Virus record (IMG/VR): IMGVR_UViG_3300032579_000011
Location: 1 to 64,000 of that record
Direction: 5' to 3' (one strand)
Source of the DNA: a virus
Length of the DNA stretch: 64,000 nt
Shown piece after piece: positions 18,552 through 28,874 of the stretch (position 1 is the first letter of the stretch; each line of letters begins with the position of its first letter). The position numbers were made by a program, and so were the translations under genes. Below the pieces are notes generated by a model. It was not told the DNA's origin and ran no database searches. It saw only the letters and a list, made by a program, of their open reading frames with translations.

Positions 18552-19789
18552 TGCTTAATTTTAAAACTTATTTAATAGAAGCTCCTGTTAAACAAACTGA
18601 AGGTAAACCATTAACTCATCTTCGTCACTTAGAAGATAACGCGATTTACGACGGTCATGAAGGTGTTGCTAGAGCTGCTGATTTTCTAGACGACGCTCAT
18701 AAAAAACTATTGGGTAAAAATTCGGCGACTCATTTTTCCACAAAGTTTGATGGTGCGCCCTCTATAGTATTTGGTCATCATCCACAAACAGGTCAGTTTT
18801 TTGTTGCAACAAAAGGCGCTTTTAATAAAACTCCAAAACTTGCATTTAGTCACGAAGATATCGATAAACACTATGGGCATGCTCCAGGATTGGCTAAAAA
18901 AATGCATGCTGCTTTTGAACATCTTCCTAAAATTATGCCACAAAACGCAAAGGCCGTAGATGTATATCAAGGCGATATGAAGTATACTAAGCCTGATATT
19001 ACAACCTCTGGTGGTCGTCATAGTTTTACGCCAAACACTATTACGTATTCAACACCTACTGATTCAGCCGATGCAGCAAAAATTAAGGCGGCAAAAATGG
19101 GCGTTGTAATTCATACAAAATACAAAGGACCAAAAGGAGCTGGACTCGAAGGTATGTCAGCTGGCCCATTAGATGATAAAGAAAGAGCTAGATTAAGTAA
19201 TCATCCGGATGTTCATAATATTGATCCAACAATAACAATAAATCCGGCTAATTATACGCCCGCTGAACAACAGGAATTTCTTAGTCATAGAGAAGCAGCA
19301 ACAAGAACTTATCGCAGTATGAAACCAGAAGCTTTTGATGTTGTTTCTAAACATGGTCAAAATATTGAAACTCATGTAAACGATATGGTTAGACAAGGCG
19401 GAGAGCCTTCTGTTGAAGGTTATTTGGCTCATCTTCAAGCAAGACATCAAAAAGATTTAGATTCTGTAAAAACTGAAGCAGCAAAAAATAAAAAACGTCA
19501 AGCTCACGCTGCGATGATGCAAGAAATATATGACAATAAAGATCATTTTAAGAAAGCTTTGGAGCTTCATAATCATCTTCAAAAGGCCAAAGATGTATTG
19601 ACTGGCGTAATGGCCAAAAACAATCAATGGGGTCATTCAATTGGTGGTGAAGGAACAAATCCGGAAGGCGTTGTTGCTGCCAATAAAAAAGGTGAAATGA
19701 CTAAATTTGTCAACAGAAAAGAATTTGCCCGTCAAAATTTCTTGAAGGGCGCTTTCCAAAAACAACAGGCGGCTGCTAATGCTACGTAG
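18551..19789 (+). CDS. DUF6267-like protein with ligase-type KxDG motif
   Basis: THLRHLED, TKFDGAPS, YQGD, EGVV and KFVNRKEF motifs. Confidence 0.7.
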   Translation: MLNFKTYLIEAPVKQTEGKPLTHLRHLEDNAIYDGHEGVARAADFLDDAHKKLLGKNSATHFSTKFDGAPSIVFGHHPQTGQFFVATKGAFNKTPKLAFSHEDIDKHYGHAPGLAKKMHAAFEHLPKIMPQNAKAVDVYQGDMKYTKPDITTSGGRHSFTPNTITYSTPTDSADAAKIKAAKMGVVIHTKYKGPKGAGLEGMSAGPLDDKERARLSNHPDVHNIDPTITINPANYTPAEQQEFLSHREAATRTYRSMKPEAFDVVSKHGQNIETHVNDMVRQGGEPSVEGYLAHLQARHQKDLDSVKTEAAKNKKRQAHAAMMQEIYDNKDHFKKALELHNHLQKAKDVLTGVMAKNNQWGHSIGGEGTNPEGVVAANKKGEMTKFVNRKEFARQNFLKGAFQKQQAAANAT

Positions 19790-20402
19790 TTTTCTTCAAT
19801 ACTTAAGAGAGTCAAATAAAGATACAAGACCAGTAGTATTGACTTACGGAAGAATGAATCCGGGTCCTACAATTGGTCATCAAAAAGTTATTGAAAAGGT
19901 TCATGATTTGGCCAACAAACAAGGTGCTCATCATGAAATTATTCTTTCTCACTCTCAAGATTCAAATAAGAATCCATTAAGTATTGATCAAAAGTTAGAG
20001 CATGCAAGAAAGTTTTTTCCACAAACCAATTTTGTTGGTTCTTCCAAAGAAACGCCAACAATTTTACATCATCTAAGTAGATTACATGCAGCTGGACACC
20101 CGGAAGCAACTGTCGTAGTTGGTTCTGATAGAGTTCCTGAATTTACTAAAATGTTAAAACAATATAACGGTGTTCCTGGTAAACATGGTTATTACAATTT
20201 CAATAAATTAAAAGTTGTGTCGGCTGGCGATAGAGATCCTGACGCCGAAGGAGTTGAGGGTATGTCTTCAAGTAAAATGAGAATGGCCGCGCAAGCAGGC
20301 GATTTTGATAGTTTCAGACATGGCGTTCCTTCTCACGTTCCAGATGAAGATGCAAAAAAACTATTCAACGATACCCAAGCAGGTATGAACGCGGGAAAAT
20401 AA
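19779..20402 (+). CDS. Cytidylyltransferase-like nucleotidyltransferase
   Basis: YGRMNP-PTIGH, VVGSDR, SAGDRDPDA, MSSSKMR. Confidence 0.85.
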   Translation: MLRSFLQYLRESNKDTRPVVLTYGRMNPGPTIGHQKVIEKVHDLANKQGAHHEIILSHSQDSNKNPLSIDQKLEHARKFFPQTNFVGSSKETPTILHHLSRLHAAGHPEATVVVGSDRVPEFTKMLKQYNGVPGKHGYYNFNKLKVVSAGDRDPDAEGVEGMSSSKMRMAAQAGDFDSFRHGVPSHVPDEDAKKLFNDTQAGMNAGK

Positions 20403-20403
20403 T

Positions 20404-21660
20404 ATGGCCGACGAAAAACTTCTTTTGGAAAAATTTGCCAAAGCTTTTGGCGTTGAAAACGTATTGGAAGATCTTAAGATAAAGAAAGCAAAAGAAACTG
20501 CCATATTAGAAAGTATGCAAAAAGCTGTAGGTAAAATTAATACCGTTCAAGAAATAGAAATAGAAACCATTGTTGAAGAAAAATCAATAACAGAATCTGA
20601 AGTTATTGTTGAAATGGGTAGACAGCCGGAACCAGTTCTTGATAAAGAACCTATTGTTAATAAGTATGTAAAAGCTTTGTCCAAAATAACAGACCAAAAG
20701 GGTTCGGCAGAACAAAATAGTATACCCGACATTTATCGTCGAGAATTAGATATTATTAAAAAATCAATTGCTGATTTTCATCGTTTTGCTCAAAGACATT
20801 CGCAACTTGGTGGCGGTGGTGAAGTCAACCTTCGCCATTTAGATGACGTCAATAGATCATCTATCGCTGACGGTCTCTATCTTCGTTACGACGCAGCCAC
20901 AAAGAAGTTTGTGTTTGACGATCCAGTCTCTAGTCCAAACTTACTTAATGTAGCTTCTGATATTATACCATCAACGACTCTAACATATACTATTGGTAAT
21001 ACAACAAATCGCTGGGCGCAAGCATATATTGATGAAGTTATTGTTGGTGCAAATTCTATTACATTCCAAGACGTGATAGGTGGAAATCCTGATCAAACGC
21101 TTTCTCTCGCTAATCAAGTGTTTTATATCACTCAGGGCGCAGGAACTAATACACAGTTCAATGCTAACGCTGGATTCAATGCTGGCGGTATCGTTTTGCA
21201 AAACTATACTGTTCAGTTAGCAAATGCATCGCAAAACTTGATAATCGGTTCTACTTCCGTAAACACAAGCGTTATCTTTAACCAAAACATCCAAGCAAAT
21301 ACAACTATTACTTTTACTGATAATACCGTACAAACTACAGCTTATAAGCCTCCGAATGTAAGAATAGCAAATGTCATTTCAAACACAGTATTGATTGACT
21401 TTTCGACTGACAACTTTGTTCATATTCATACCAATCAAGGAACTGTTACAGCTAACATACAAAATTTGACAGCTGGTAAAGTTGTTGAGCTATTCATCTT
21501 TAACAATGTCGGCGGTACTCAGCAGTTCAACCATGGCGTTTCCTCAACACAGGCTACAGGCGGTTCATCTTTTTATCTCAGCTCTCACAATACGATGTAT
21601 GTTAAGTATTTCTGTTTAGATGGAACTTCAAACAATACGTTCGTAGCTGCTATAACATAA
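20404..21660 (+). CDS. Virion structural/fibre-like protein
   Basis: GGGGEVNLRHLDDV motif and N/T-rich beta C-terminus. Confidence 0.6.
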   Translation: MADEKLLLEKFAKAFGVENVLEDLKIKKAKETAILESMQKAVGKINTVQEIEIETIVEEKSITESEVIVEMGRQPEPVLDKEPIVNKYVKALSKITDQKGSAEQNSIPDIYRRELDIIKKSIADFHRFAQRHSQLGGGGEVNLRHLDDVNRSSIADGLYLRYDAATKKFVFDDPVSSPNLLNVASDIIPSTTLTYTIGNTTNRWAQAYIDEVIVGANSITFQDVIGGNPDQTLSLANQVFYITQGAGTNTQFNANAGFNAGGIVLQNYTVQLANASQNLIIGSTSVNTSVIFNQNIQANTTITFTDNTVQTTAYKPPNVRIANVISNTVLIDFSTDNFVHIHTNQGTVTANIQNLTAGKVVELFIFNNVGGTQQFNHGVSSTQATGGSSFYLSSHNTMYVKYFCLDGTSNNTFVAAIT

Positions 21661-21765
21661 GTTAATTTTTCTGAACAATTATAATTTATAAATAAGAATG
21701 TTAGTGCAGTAAAAGGCCACGGCAGACCTGCAAGAAGTTCTTGGATAAGTCTTAGGAAAACTCCA

Positions 21766-22848
21766 ATGGTTAAAAAATTTAGTACATTTGATCCTCAGCT
21801 AGTTGTTGTAGAGCAACTTGCAGGTTCTGTTGTGAATCTCACTAACTCGGCGAAATTATCGCTTTATAAAAAATCCCAAAAAACAAGCATACCCGTTGAT
21901 ATACTTGAAGAAGTATATCGTAGAGGTTATTCAATCTGGAACGATTCCTTCGAAGGAACTCCGGAACAATTTGCATTTGATCGCGTCAATTCATTTATTG
22001 CGGGCGGATTTGCGCTGCAATTAGACGAAGATTTATTGGAAAATTGGCAAGATTCAAAATATAAAAACCCAGAAGGCGGTTTAACAAAAGCTGGTGTAAT
22101 GGCCTATCGTAGAGAACATCCGGGAAGTCATCTTAAAACAGCAGTAACAACGGAACCTTCAAAATTAAAGCCAGGATCAAAATCAGCAAATAGACGTAAA
22201 AGCTTTTGCGCCCGTATGAGCGGTATGAAGAAACGTTTGACTTCGGCTAAAACTGCTCATGATCCGGATTCACGTATCAATAAGTCATTACGTAAATGGC
22301 ATTGTGAAGAAAACGACCTTGAAGAAAAGAAGATGATGGATAATCCTTGTTGGAAAGGTTATCAAGCTTACGGAACAAAGAAAAAGAACGGCAAAACCGT
22401 TCCTAATTGTGTTCCTGTTAAAGAAGATTCATTAAATGAATTATCACCCGAATTAGTTGGTAAAGTTAATAAAGCTAGAATAGTTAACAATAAACCAAGT
22501 AAAACCGAAGTCGGTAGTGACACTTTATTAAAAGCGGTTCAAAAAGCCAGAGAAAAAACTAAGGTCGGTGCAGCTGAATCTTATACGGGTGCTGAAAAAA
22601 CTTCCGATGATTTTACGAAACCAAACAGTAGATTTATTGGAACTGATAATTTAGATAAAGTATATAAAGAAGAAACTCCGGGTCAGTCAACAAAAACTAT
22701 TAAACGTGTAGTAAAAGAAATCGCGATAAGAGACGCTGCTGGACACGTTAAACAATTAAAGAACGTTAAAATTAGAATGGCCGATGGGTCAATAAAAAGC
22801 TTACCTCCAGGTAAAAGCGGAAGCTCTGGTGGCGGAGGAAAGGAATAA
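21766..22848 (+). CDS. Modular head-internal protein (DUF6321-like)
   Basis: KNPEGGL...RRKSFCARM and PCWKGY...VPNCVP modules; late promoter at 21688. Confidence 0.65.
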   Translation: MVKKFSTFDPQLVVVEQLAGSVVNLTNSAKLSLYKKSQKTSIPVDILEEVYRRGYSIWNDSFEGTPEQFAFDRVNSFIAGGFALQLDEDLLENWQDSKYKNPEGGLTKAGVMAYRREHPGSHLKTAVTTEPSKLKPGSKSANRRKSFCARMSGMKKRLTSAKTAHDPDSRINKSLRKWHCEENDLEEKKMMDNPCWKGYQAYGTKKKNGKTVPNCVPVKEDSLNELSPELVGKVNKARIVNNKPSKTEVGSDTLLKAVQKAREKTKVGAAESYTGAEKTSDDFTKPNSRFIGTDNLDKVYKEETPGQSTKTIKRVVKEIAIRDAAGHVKQLKNVKIRMADGSIKSLPPGKSGSSGGGGKE

Positions 22849-22849
22849 A

Positions 22850-23299
22850 ATGCAAAATAAAGAATTAGTTGATCAATTAAAAGTGTGTTTGGCAAGTACG
22901 TTCAGTTATTACTTGAAAGCTCATTACTTTCATTGGAACGTTGAAGGTTCAAACTTTCCTCAATATCACGAGTTCCTTAAAACAATTTATGAAGATTCTT
23001 TCGAGGCTGTTGACGATATTGCAGAAAGAATTCGTACATTAGAAGCATATGCTCCTGGTAGCCTTTATCGTTTTCAAGAATTAACTAAGATAGAAGATCA
23101 ATTAAATATTCCTTCTCCAATAGATATGTTGAGAGAAATTGAAAGAGACAATAAAGCTATTATTGGTTTGTTAACAAAAGCGGCAGATACTTCAGAACAA
23201 TTAAAGAAATACGGTATAACTAATTATCTCCAAGGCCGTATAGAAGCTTTGGAAAAACTTGGTTGGATGATTAGAGCAACTATAAAGGCAGCAAAATAA
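22850..23299 (+). CDS. dps: Dps/ferritin-like protein
   Basis: KAHYFHWNVEG, HEFL, DDIAERIR and WMI motifs. Confidence 0.88.
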   Translation: MQNKELVDQLKVCLASTFSYYLKAHYFHWNVEGSNFPQYHEFLKTIYEDSFEAVDDIAERIRTLEAYAPGSLYRFQELTKIEDQLNIPSPIDMLREIERDNKAIIGLLTKAADTSEQLKKYGITNYLQGRIEALEKLGWMIRATIKAAK

Positions 23300-24486
23300 T
23301 GGCATACGTTAGTTTAGGTCACGCTATTAGAAATATACTTCTTAGAGAAGAAAAAGAACAAAACGTTAATCCAGCCAAGAAAAAAGGGCCTCCTGGTGGA
23401 GACTGGGAAGAAGCCAGTGAAGAAGATAGAAAAAGCAAGAGTAAAGAAATTGTCAAATCAGTAAAAACTCCTGGTCAAAAAGAAGTTAAAGAACAGTTGA
23501 GATTAAATCCAAATCAAAAAAGTAAAGTTCTAACGCCTTCTCATGAATTTTCCGGTAATCAATTTATTACACCACCAGTTCATATTAAACCTCCTGGAGA
23601 TACAAGATCTCACGAGAACGATCACGCTCAACGTACAACTAATAAAACTGTGCAAATAAAGAACAAAATCGGTAGCAAAACCCATAATATTGCAGAAAAA
23701 GAAATTAAAGAAATTTCTGATTTAGGTGGTGTTACTTCTAGTCAGAGCAATCCGGAACCAGAAGATGGTGGTAAAAAGAAAATCAAAGAACAATGGGATG
23801 ATGACGCTTATGATGTTATTGCCAATCATAAAAAATCTGAAGCGGGTTATTCAGTTCGTGGCACAGTAAGAGCCAAAAATCATGAAGATGCTATGAAACA
23901 ATGGCATGGAATGTTACAAAGCAGACATATGAGACATAAAGATGATCCGGCAGGCGATGAGTTTTCTTATGCCGTAACTCATAATAATTCAGGCAAGAAA
24001 CAAACATTTAATGAGGCTTTTGGCGACGCTGGTTTAACTTCATTGAAAGATGAAGATGGCGGAAAGAAAAAAGTAAAAAAAGAAAGCGCATTTGATACTG
24101 CTGGAGGAGATACTCCAATTGGTTCTATGGGCGGTAAAAGTAATCCAGGGCCGTCTGCTCGTATGAATACAGAAGATGGCGGTAAAAAGAAAATCAAAGA
24201 AGAAGCTGAAGGCACAAAAGATCGTAAGACAATTGAAAACGTTGCTAGACAAAATTCAGCAACAAGTCCTTTTGATAGAAAATCAAAACTGGCTAAAAAC
24301 GCCGAGATCAAGACTAAAATTATTGATGAGGGTAAAAAACGCGCAAACACTATTAAAAAAATTGTTAAGGGTGATAAGGGTTCGTCTCCAAGCGAAGATA
24401 GCGGTAATGGGCCAACCAAAGTAATCGGTGATGTTGTTTGGAATCCGAATTTACAGAAACCAGATAAAGACACAGTTTCAAATTAA
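23299..24486 (+). CDS. Low-complexity probable head-internal protein
   Basis: Three EDGGKKK(I/V)K(E/K) repeats; charged and likely disordered. Confidence 0.6.
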   Translation: MAYVSLGHAIRNILLREEKEQNVNPAKKKGPPGGDWEEASEEDRKSKSKEIVKSVKTPGQKEVKEQLRLNPNQKSKVLTPSHEFSGNQFITPPVHIKPPGDTRSHENDHAQRTTNKTVQIKNKIGSKTHNIAEKEIKEISDLGGVTSSQSNPEPEDGGKKKIKEQWDDDAYDVIANHKKSEAGYSVRGTVRAKNHEDAMKQWHGMLQSRHMRHKDDPAGDEFSYAVTHNNSGKKQTFNEAFGDAGLTSLKDEDGGKKKVKKESAFDTAGGDTPIGSMGGKSNPGPSARMNTEDGGKKKIKEEAEGTKDRKTIENVARQNSATSPFDRKSKLAKNAEIKTKIIDEGKKRANTIKKIVKGDKGSSPSEDSGNGPTKVIGDVVWNPNLQKPDKDTVSN

Positions 24487-24537
24487 AATTTAAAAAATAT
24501 TAAATAGTAAAAAGAATTTTAAAAAAGGATTTAATAG

Positions 24538-25872
24538 ATGACTGATAAAACAAAATCAATTTCTGAAGCTCTTGCTGAAGTACAACGCAAAGTTAATGAA
24601 CAGCGTATGAAGAACGCTGAGAGTAATTGGAATGCAGTTAAAAATGAAAGTTTGTGGGACGACGCTAGAAAATGGGTTGGAGATAGAATGGGGTTGAGAA
24701 AACCCGCTGCTAATACAGCAACATCTCAAAATACTACTCCGGCCTCTTCTACTTCTACAACCACGAAGGCTACTTCTAATACACCAAAAATGAGTTACTC
24801 AGACTATAGTCAAACCGGCGTTGGCACAGTAGAGCCAACAAATAGACCGCCAGAACCGGCTCCTGGATCGAACGGCAAAGTTCCGGATATACTAGCTCCC
24901 ACAGTTTCGAAAACTACTGCTGTTACTTCATCCCCCGCTTCTACCATAAAACCAGCACCCGCTGCAGCACCTAAACCAGCCGCTGCAACTCCAACTCCTT
25001 CGCCAAGACCAAATGGCGCTCCTTTACCAACTCCCGCCGCTCCTGCTCCACAAAAAAGCCAAATAGCTCAAAACGCAGACGCGGCTATCAACCGTATAGG
25101 AAACACAAGCGAATTTGAAGACGGCGGTCCATCAAAATCAAAAGGAAAGAAATCAATGAAAGAAGAAATGTCTCCATTAGTAGCAGCATTCCTGAAGCTA
25201 CAGGAATCAAAGCCAGCTAATATGTTTGAAGCTGCTAAGAAAATGAAAGCTGTTTGCCCAAATTGTGGCAAATCACCTTGTGTTTGTGAATCAATGGAAG
25301 AAGAAAAAGAACTTTCTCCAAAACAAAAGAAAATTGCTGCTCTTGGTGGAGATAAAAAGAAGCTAGACGCTGCTGATTTCAAGGCTCTTCGTTCTGGTAA
25401 GAAGCCAATGGAAGAAGAAGTCGAAAAATTATTCAGCGAAGAAGAACTAGCACATTTCGCTTCGGTTATTGAAGGAGACGCGCCTTCTGTTGCTCCTGCT
25501 AGAGATGATATTGCAAATCGTTCTGATAAACATGATACAAATTCGGATTACGGTATGGACGAAGAAGCAAAGAAGCGTGGTGTTAAAGCTGGAACAAAGC
25601 GTGGGCCTTACAAGCAAAAAGGTTTATCTTCAGGCGAAAAGGACGAAGCTCAAGCAGAAACAAAGAATGTTCCCGCTCAAGTAAGAACAGCGCGTTCTCA
25701 TTTCTCTGGCGGCAAAGAAGTTGTTACACTTAAGCATCCACAGACTGATAAACAATATCACGTTCCGGTCAAGCACGTTAACGATTTCAACAAAGAATAC
25801 GCAGCTGCTGAAAAACCTCATGAAAAAAGTGCTGTTGAACGTAAGTTTATGCAAACTCATATGAGCAACTAA
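24538..25872 (+). CDS. Low-complexity probable head-internal protein
   Basis: P/A/T-rich linker, CPNCGKSPCVC, LSPKQKKIA...DFKALR; TAAATA upstream. Confidence 0.6.
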   Translation: MTDKTKSISEALAEVQRKVNEQRMKNAESNWNAVKNESLWDDARKWVGDRMGLRKPAANTATSQNTTPASSTSTTTKATSNTPKMSYSDYSQTGVGTVEPTNRPPEPAPGSNGKVPDILAPTVSKTTAVTSSPASTIKPAPAAAPKPAAATPTPSPRPNGAPLPTPAAPAPQKSQIAQNADAAINRIGNTSEFEDGGPSKSKGKKSMKEEMSPLVAAFLKLQESKPANMFEAAKKMKAVCPNCGKSPCVCESMEEEKELSPKQKKIAALGGDKKKLDAADFKALRSGKKPMEEEVEKLFSEEELAHFASVIEGDAPSVAPARDDIANRSDKHDTNSDYGMDEEAKKRGVKAGTKRGPYKQKGLSSGEKDEAQAETKNVPAQVRTARSHFSGGKEVVTLKHPQTDKQYHVPVKHVNDFNKEYAAAEKPHEKSAVERKFMQTHMSN

Positions 25873-25881
25873 GGATATAAA

Positions 25882-26148
25882 ATGCCGCTTATAGCGAATA
25901 ACATCATTATTAACGGGCAAGATTTCAGTCTTGCCCCTAACAATCAAAGTGTTGACGCCAATGGAGAAATAGACATCGGCGGCGAAAAATATGATCCTGT
26001 TGTAAATAACAATCCGGCTGTGGTTAGTTCTACTCGAGGAAATCCTTCAATTGAAGATCATCATATTTTAATAGTTGATGGTAAAGAAAAAATGGTCAGT
26101 AGACATTCTTCGTATCTTTTAGATATGTTGACCATAGATAAACAATAA
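25882..26148 (+). CDS. Hypothetical protein
   Basis: AAGGA RBS. Confidence 0.65.
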   Translation: MPLIANNIIINGQDFSLAPNNQSVDANGEIDIGGEKYDPVVNNNPAVVSSTRGNPSIEDHHILIVDGKEKMVSRHSSYLLDMLTIDKQ

Positions 26149-26189
26149 TTATAAATACAATTAAATAATTCTTTAAAGGAGAAAAAATA

Positions 26190-27179
26190 ATGGCACAATG
26201 GGGTAGAAACGATCAAGGCGTAACTGCTAACAGCACTACTACAAAAGAAACTTCAAATGGCGCGCCAATCGGAACTTATGCGTTAGTTAGAGGCGGTCAA
26301 ACAGGAACTGCTAACGTTTCTTTTGATTCTAATGCACATTTCGGTAATACATCATCGGGTTCAAGAGCATCTGTCGACGCCGCTATGTACGGTAACGTTA
26401 CTATAGGAGCTTTTGTTGCAAACAAAGCTGTCGGCGTTTTCGCGGTAAATGCAGCTATGATGTCTACTGTTGGCGGTAACGTTGTATTATCTTACGTAAC
26501 TTCTGGTGGTTCTGGTTATCAAGCTAACACAGCTAATTTTACTCCGGTAGTAACCAACGGTGGTTCCGGAGCTTCAATTAATGCTGTTGCTAACACAACA
26601 ACCAACGCTGGTAAAATTACAAGTCTCAATATCGTAACGGCCGGATCTGGTTATATTACCGCTCCTTCGCTTTCTAATTTACCTGCGCCGGCAGCTATTA
26701 ACATTACAGCGAATACGGTTGGTGTAGTTAATAGTACTTTATTGTTCTCAACAGCAAATTCATACTGGCAAGTTGGCGATAAGTTAACTTACGGAGTTCC
26801 TACAGGTAACACTGCTATTCCTGGTTTAACAGGTAATTCAGTTTATTACGTTGCTTTGGCGAATACAACAGGTGTTCAGTTGGCTGCAACTCCTGGCGGT
26901 AGCGTAATCACTCTTACCCCTGCAACAACAACTCCGGGTCAAGTTCATACTATTCAAGGTACAACAGCAACTGGTTATGTAGACGTTAATACTGATAATC
27001 CAGCCGTTGCGCACACTGGATGGGTTCTAAGAACAGAAGGTACAGGCGGACGCGCTGGTCGTGTATTCTACGAAACTCTTGTTGCTATGGGTTCTATTGG
27101 AATGAATACTACTTCTTCTACAGGCGTTACGGGTGTAGCAAACACTGTAACTTCTAACACAGTTGATCAATACGTTTAA
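26190..27179 (+). CDS. Virion structural protein
   Basis: TATAAATA promoter; MAQWG, GSGY repeats, HTGWV...GRAGRV.YETLVAM. Confidence 0.7.
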   Translation: MAQWGRNDQGVTANSTTTKETSNGAPIGTYALVRGGQTGTANVSFDSNAHFGNTSSGSRASVDAAMYGNVTIGAFVANKAVGVFAVNAAMMSTVGGNVVLSYVTSGGSGYQANTANFTPVVTNGGSGASINAVANTTTNAGKITSLNIVTAGSGYITAPSLSNLPAPAAINITANTVGVVNSTLLFSTANSYWQVGDKLTYGVPTGNTAIPGLTGNSVYYVALANTTGVQLAATPGGSVITLTPATTTPGQVHTIQGTTATGYVDVNTDNPAVAHTGWVLRTEGTGGRAGRVFYETLVAMGSIGMNTTSSTGVTGVANTVTSNTVDQYV

Positions 27180-27193
27180 TAGGTAAATAAATT

Positions 27194-27487
27194 ATGTCTA
27201 ACAATTCAGTAGCAGTATCACAACTTCCAAACGCTTCAAACGTTGTTGCTACTGATAAAATACTTATATTATACAACGCCATTAGCAATTCTTCAGTTGC
27301 TAATGGTTCTCCTTCGGTTAGAACAATTCCTTTAAGTAATTTTTCAAATTGTTTTATTTTATCTAACATTGCACCGGCAAATTCTTCTTCTTATGGAATT
27401 GCCGGAAGTATTGCTTATGATAATACACATTTTTACGTTTGTATTTCTAGTAACAATTGGGTGAGAACTACATTAAGTTCTTTTTAA
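27194..27487 (+). CDS. Small virion protein
   Basis: GSIAYDNTHFYVC...WVR tail-type motif. Confidence 0.6.
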   Translation: MSNNSVAVSQLPNASNVVATDKILILYNAISNSSVANGSPSVRTIPLSNFSNCFILSNIAPANSSSYGIAGSIAYDNTHFYVCISSNNWVRTTLSSF

Positions 27488-27489
27488 AA

Positions 27490-27879
27490 ATGAATGATAA
27501 ATTGACTGAAGAAAATTTTTTATTATATTGTGCTCAACATTATGATAACGCAAAATACACGTCCACCGAAGACTTTATGGAAGATCTTAACAGAATTAAA
27601 TATATTAAAAAACTGATAACTCGTTATATAGAAAATGATGACCTCAAAGAAAGATTGATACTTAATCATATTATTATTTTGAATAATTGTTTTGGACCAG
27701 AGGCTTTATGTAAAATTTTATATCTGAAACTTAAACCTCAGATTAAATACATAAAGCCTTTTTTAATTCTTATTAATGTTTTACCTGATAAAATATATAA
27801 CGTTGGCGAAGAATCTATAATTGATACTGATACTATACCAATGGATAATAAAATAATTGATAAGTTAAGGAAAGTTTAA
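27490..27879 (+). CDS. Conserved T4-like hypothetical protein
   Basis: LTEENFLLY...LKERLILNHII. Confidence 0.75.
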   Translation: MNDKLTEENFLLYCAQHYDNAKYTSTEDFMEDLNRIKYIKKLITRYIENDDLKERLILNHIIILNNCFGPEALCKILYLKLKPQIKYIKPFLILINVLPDKIYNVGEESIIDTDTIPMDNKIIDKLRKV

Positions 27880-28418
27880 TGAATACCTCAGTAAAAGACG
27901 TTAAAAATTTTATTTCCTTTGCAGCCAAACATTTGGGTCTATCTTCGTTGCCTAGAATAAGCCTAGTTGGTAAAGAAGAAAATACAAAAAACGCTTTCGG
28001 CCATTTTCTCGGCGATAGAAAAGGCACATCAATAACAGTAAGAATTACAGGACGTCATCCAATAGACGTAATGAGAACTATTGCTCATGAATTAATTCAT
28101 TATAAGCAGAGAATCAACGGAAATAGAGCTTCAGAACAAATGAAAGAAGATGAAGCCAATGCGCTAGCCGGAAGAATAATGAGAGATTACGACACTACTT
28201 ATCCAAAAGCATTTAGAGATAACCCCATCAACGAAGATGGTATGGCAGCAGCCAACGCAATTGGAGCTTCTGCAGCGGATCCTAACGCCGGAAACATTCA
28301 AGGCTTTAGCCCTATGCTTTTAAAAAATAGAAAACATTCAATTCTGCCTAGACAAAAAACTCTCCGTGACATTTTAGGTAAAGATTCAAAAAACGAAACA
28401 TCACAGGATAGAAAATAA
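27879..28418 (+). CDS. Zinc metallopeptidase-motif protein
   Basis: RTIAHELIH...EDEANALAG. Confidence 0.7.
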   Translation: MNTSVKDVKNFISFAAKHLGLSSLPRISLVGKEENTKNAFGHFLGDRKGTSITVRITGRHPIDVMRTIAHELIHYKQRINGNRASEQMKEDEANALAGRIMRDYDTTYPKAFRDNPINEDGMAAANAIGASAADPNAGNIQGFSPMLLKNRKHSILPRQKTLRDILGKDSKNETSQDRK

Positions 28419-28807
28419 TGGTTGAAAGATCCGCTGCAGAAAGAATAGAAGACGCTATCGAAAAATTAACTGAAATTTCAATAGACCTTAGTAAAATGTT
28501 AGCTGTTCACGAACAACGTTTAAATCAACAAGAAAAACAAATTGATAATTTAGGTGGCGCTCTACAAGATTTTAGAGGAACGTCCGAATTAAAATTAAAA
28601 GATGTTTATGACACTATTCGTTCAGAAGATAAAAATATTTTAGAAGAAATTACTAAAATAAGAGTCGAAGCGAACGAACAACATGAAAAGATGACAGATA
28701 GAATTAGTGAAATGGAAAAAACTATTTGGGTGTATATGGGCGGTTTCACTGCAATTTTCTTTCTACTTTCTTATGGTCAAAATATTCTAAAACTAATCAT
28801 TAAATAA
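28418..28807 (+). CDS. Coiled-coil protein with C-terminal TM helix
   Basis: MLAVHEQRL coiled coil; hydrophobic C-terminus. Confidence 0.65.
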   Translation: MVERSAAERIEDAIEKLTEISIDLSKMLAVHEQRLNQQEKQIDNLGGALQDFRGTSELKLKDVYDTIRSEDKNILEEITKIRVEANEQHEKMTDRISEMEKTIWVYMGGFTAIFFLLSYGQNILKLIIK

Positions 28808-28874
28808 TCCTTTGACTTTTATCAAAAACGCGGTATAATCACTTTGTGGTTGATGATAATGATAGGATTATATT

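Noticed and set aside
21706-21735. Riboswitch in the leader of ORF 21766
   Set aside because: A TGCAG/CTGCA stem is present but I could not match any known aptamer consensus.
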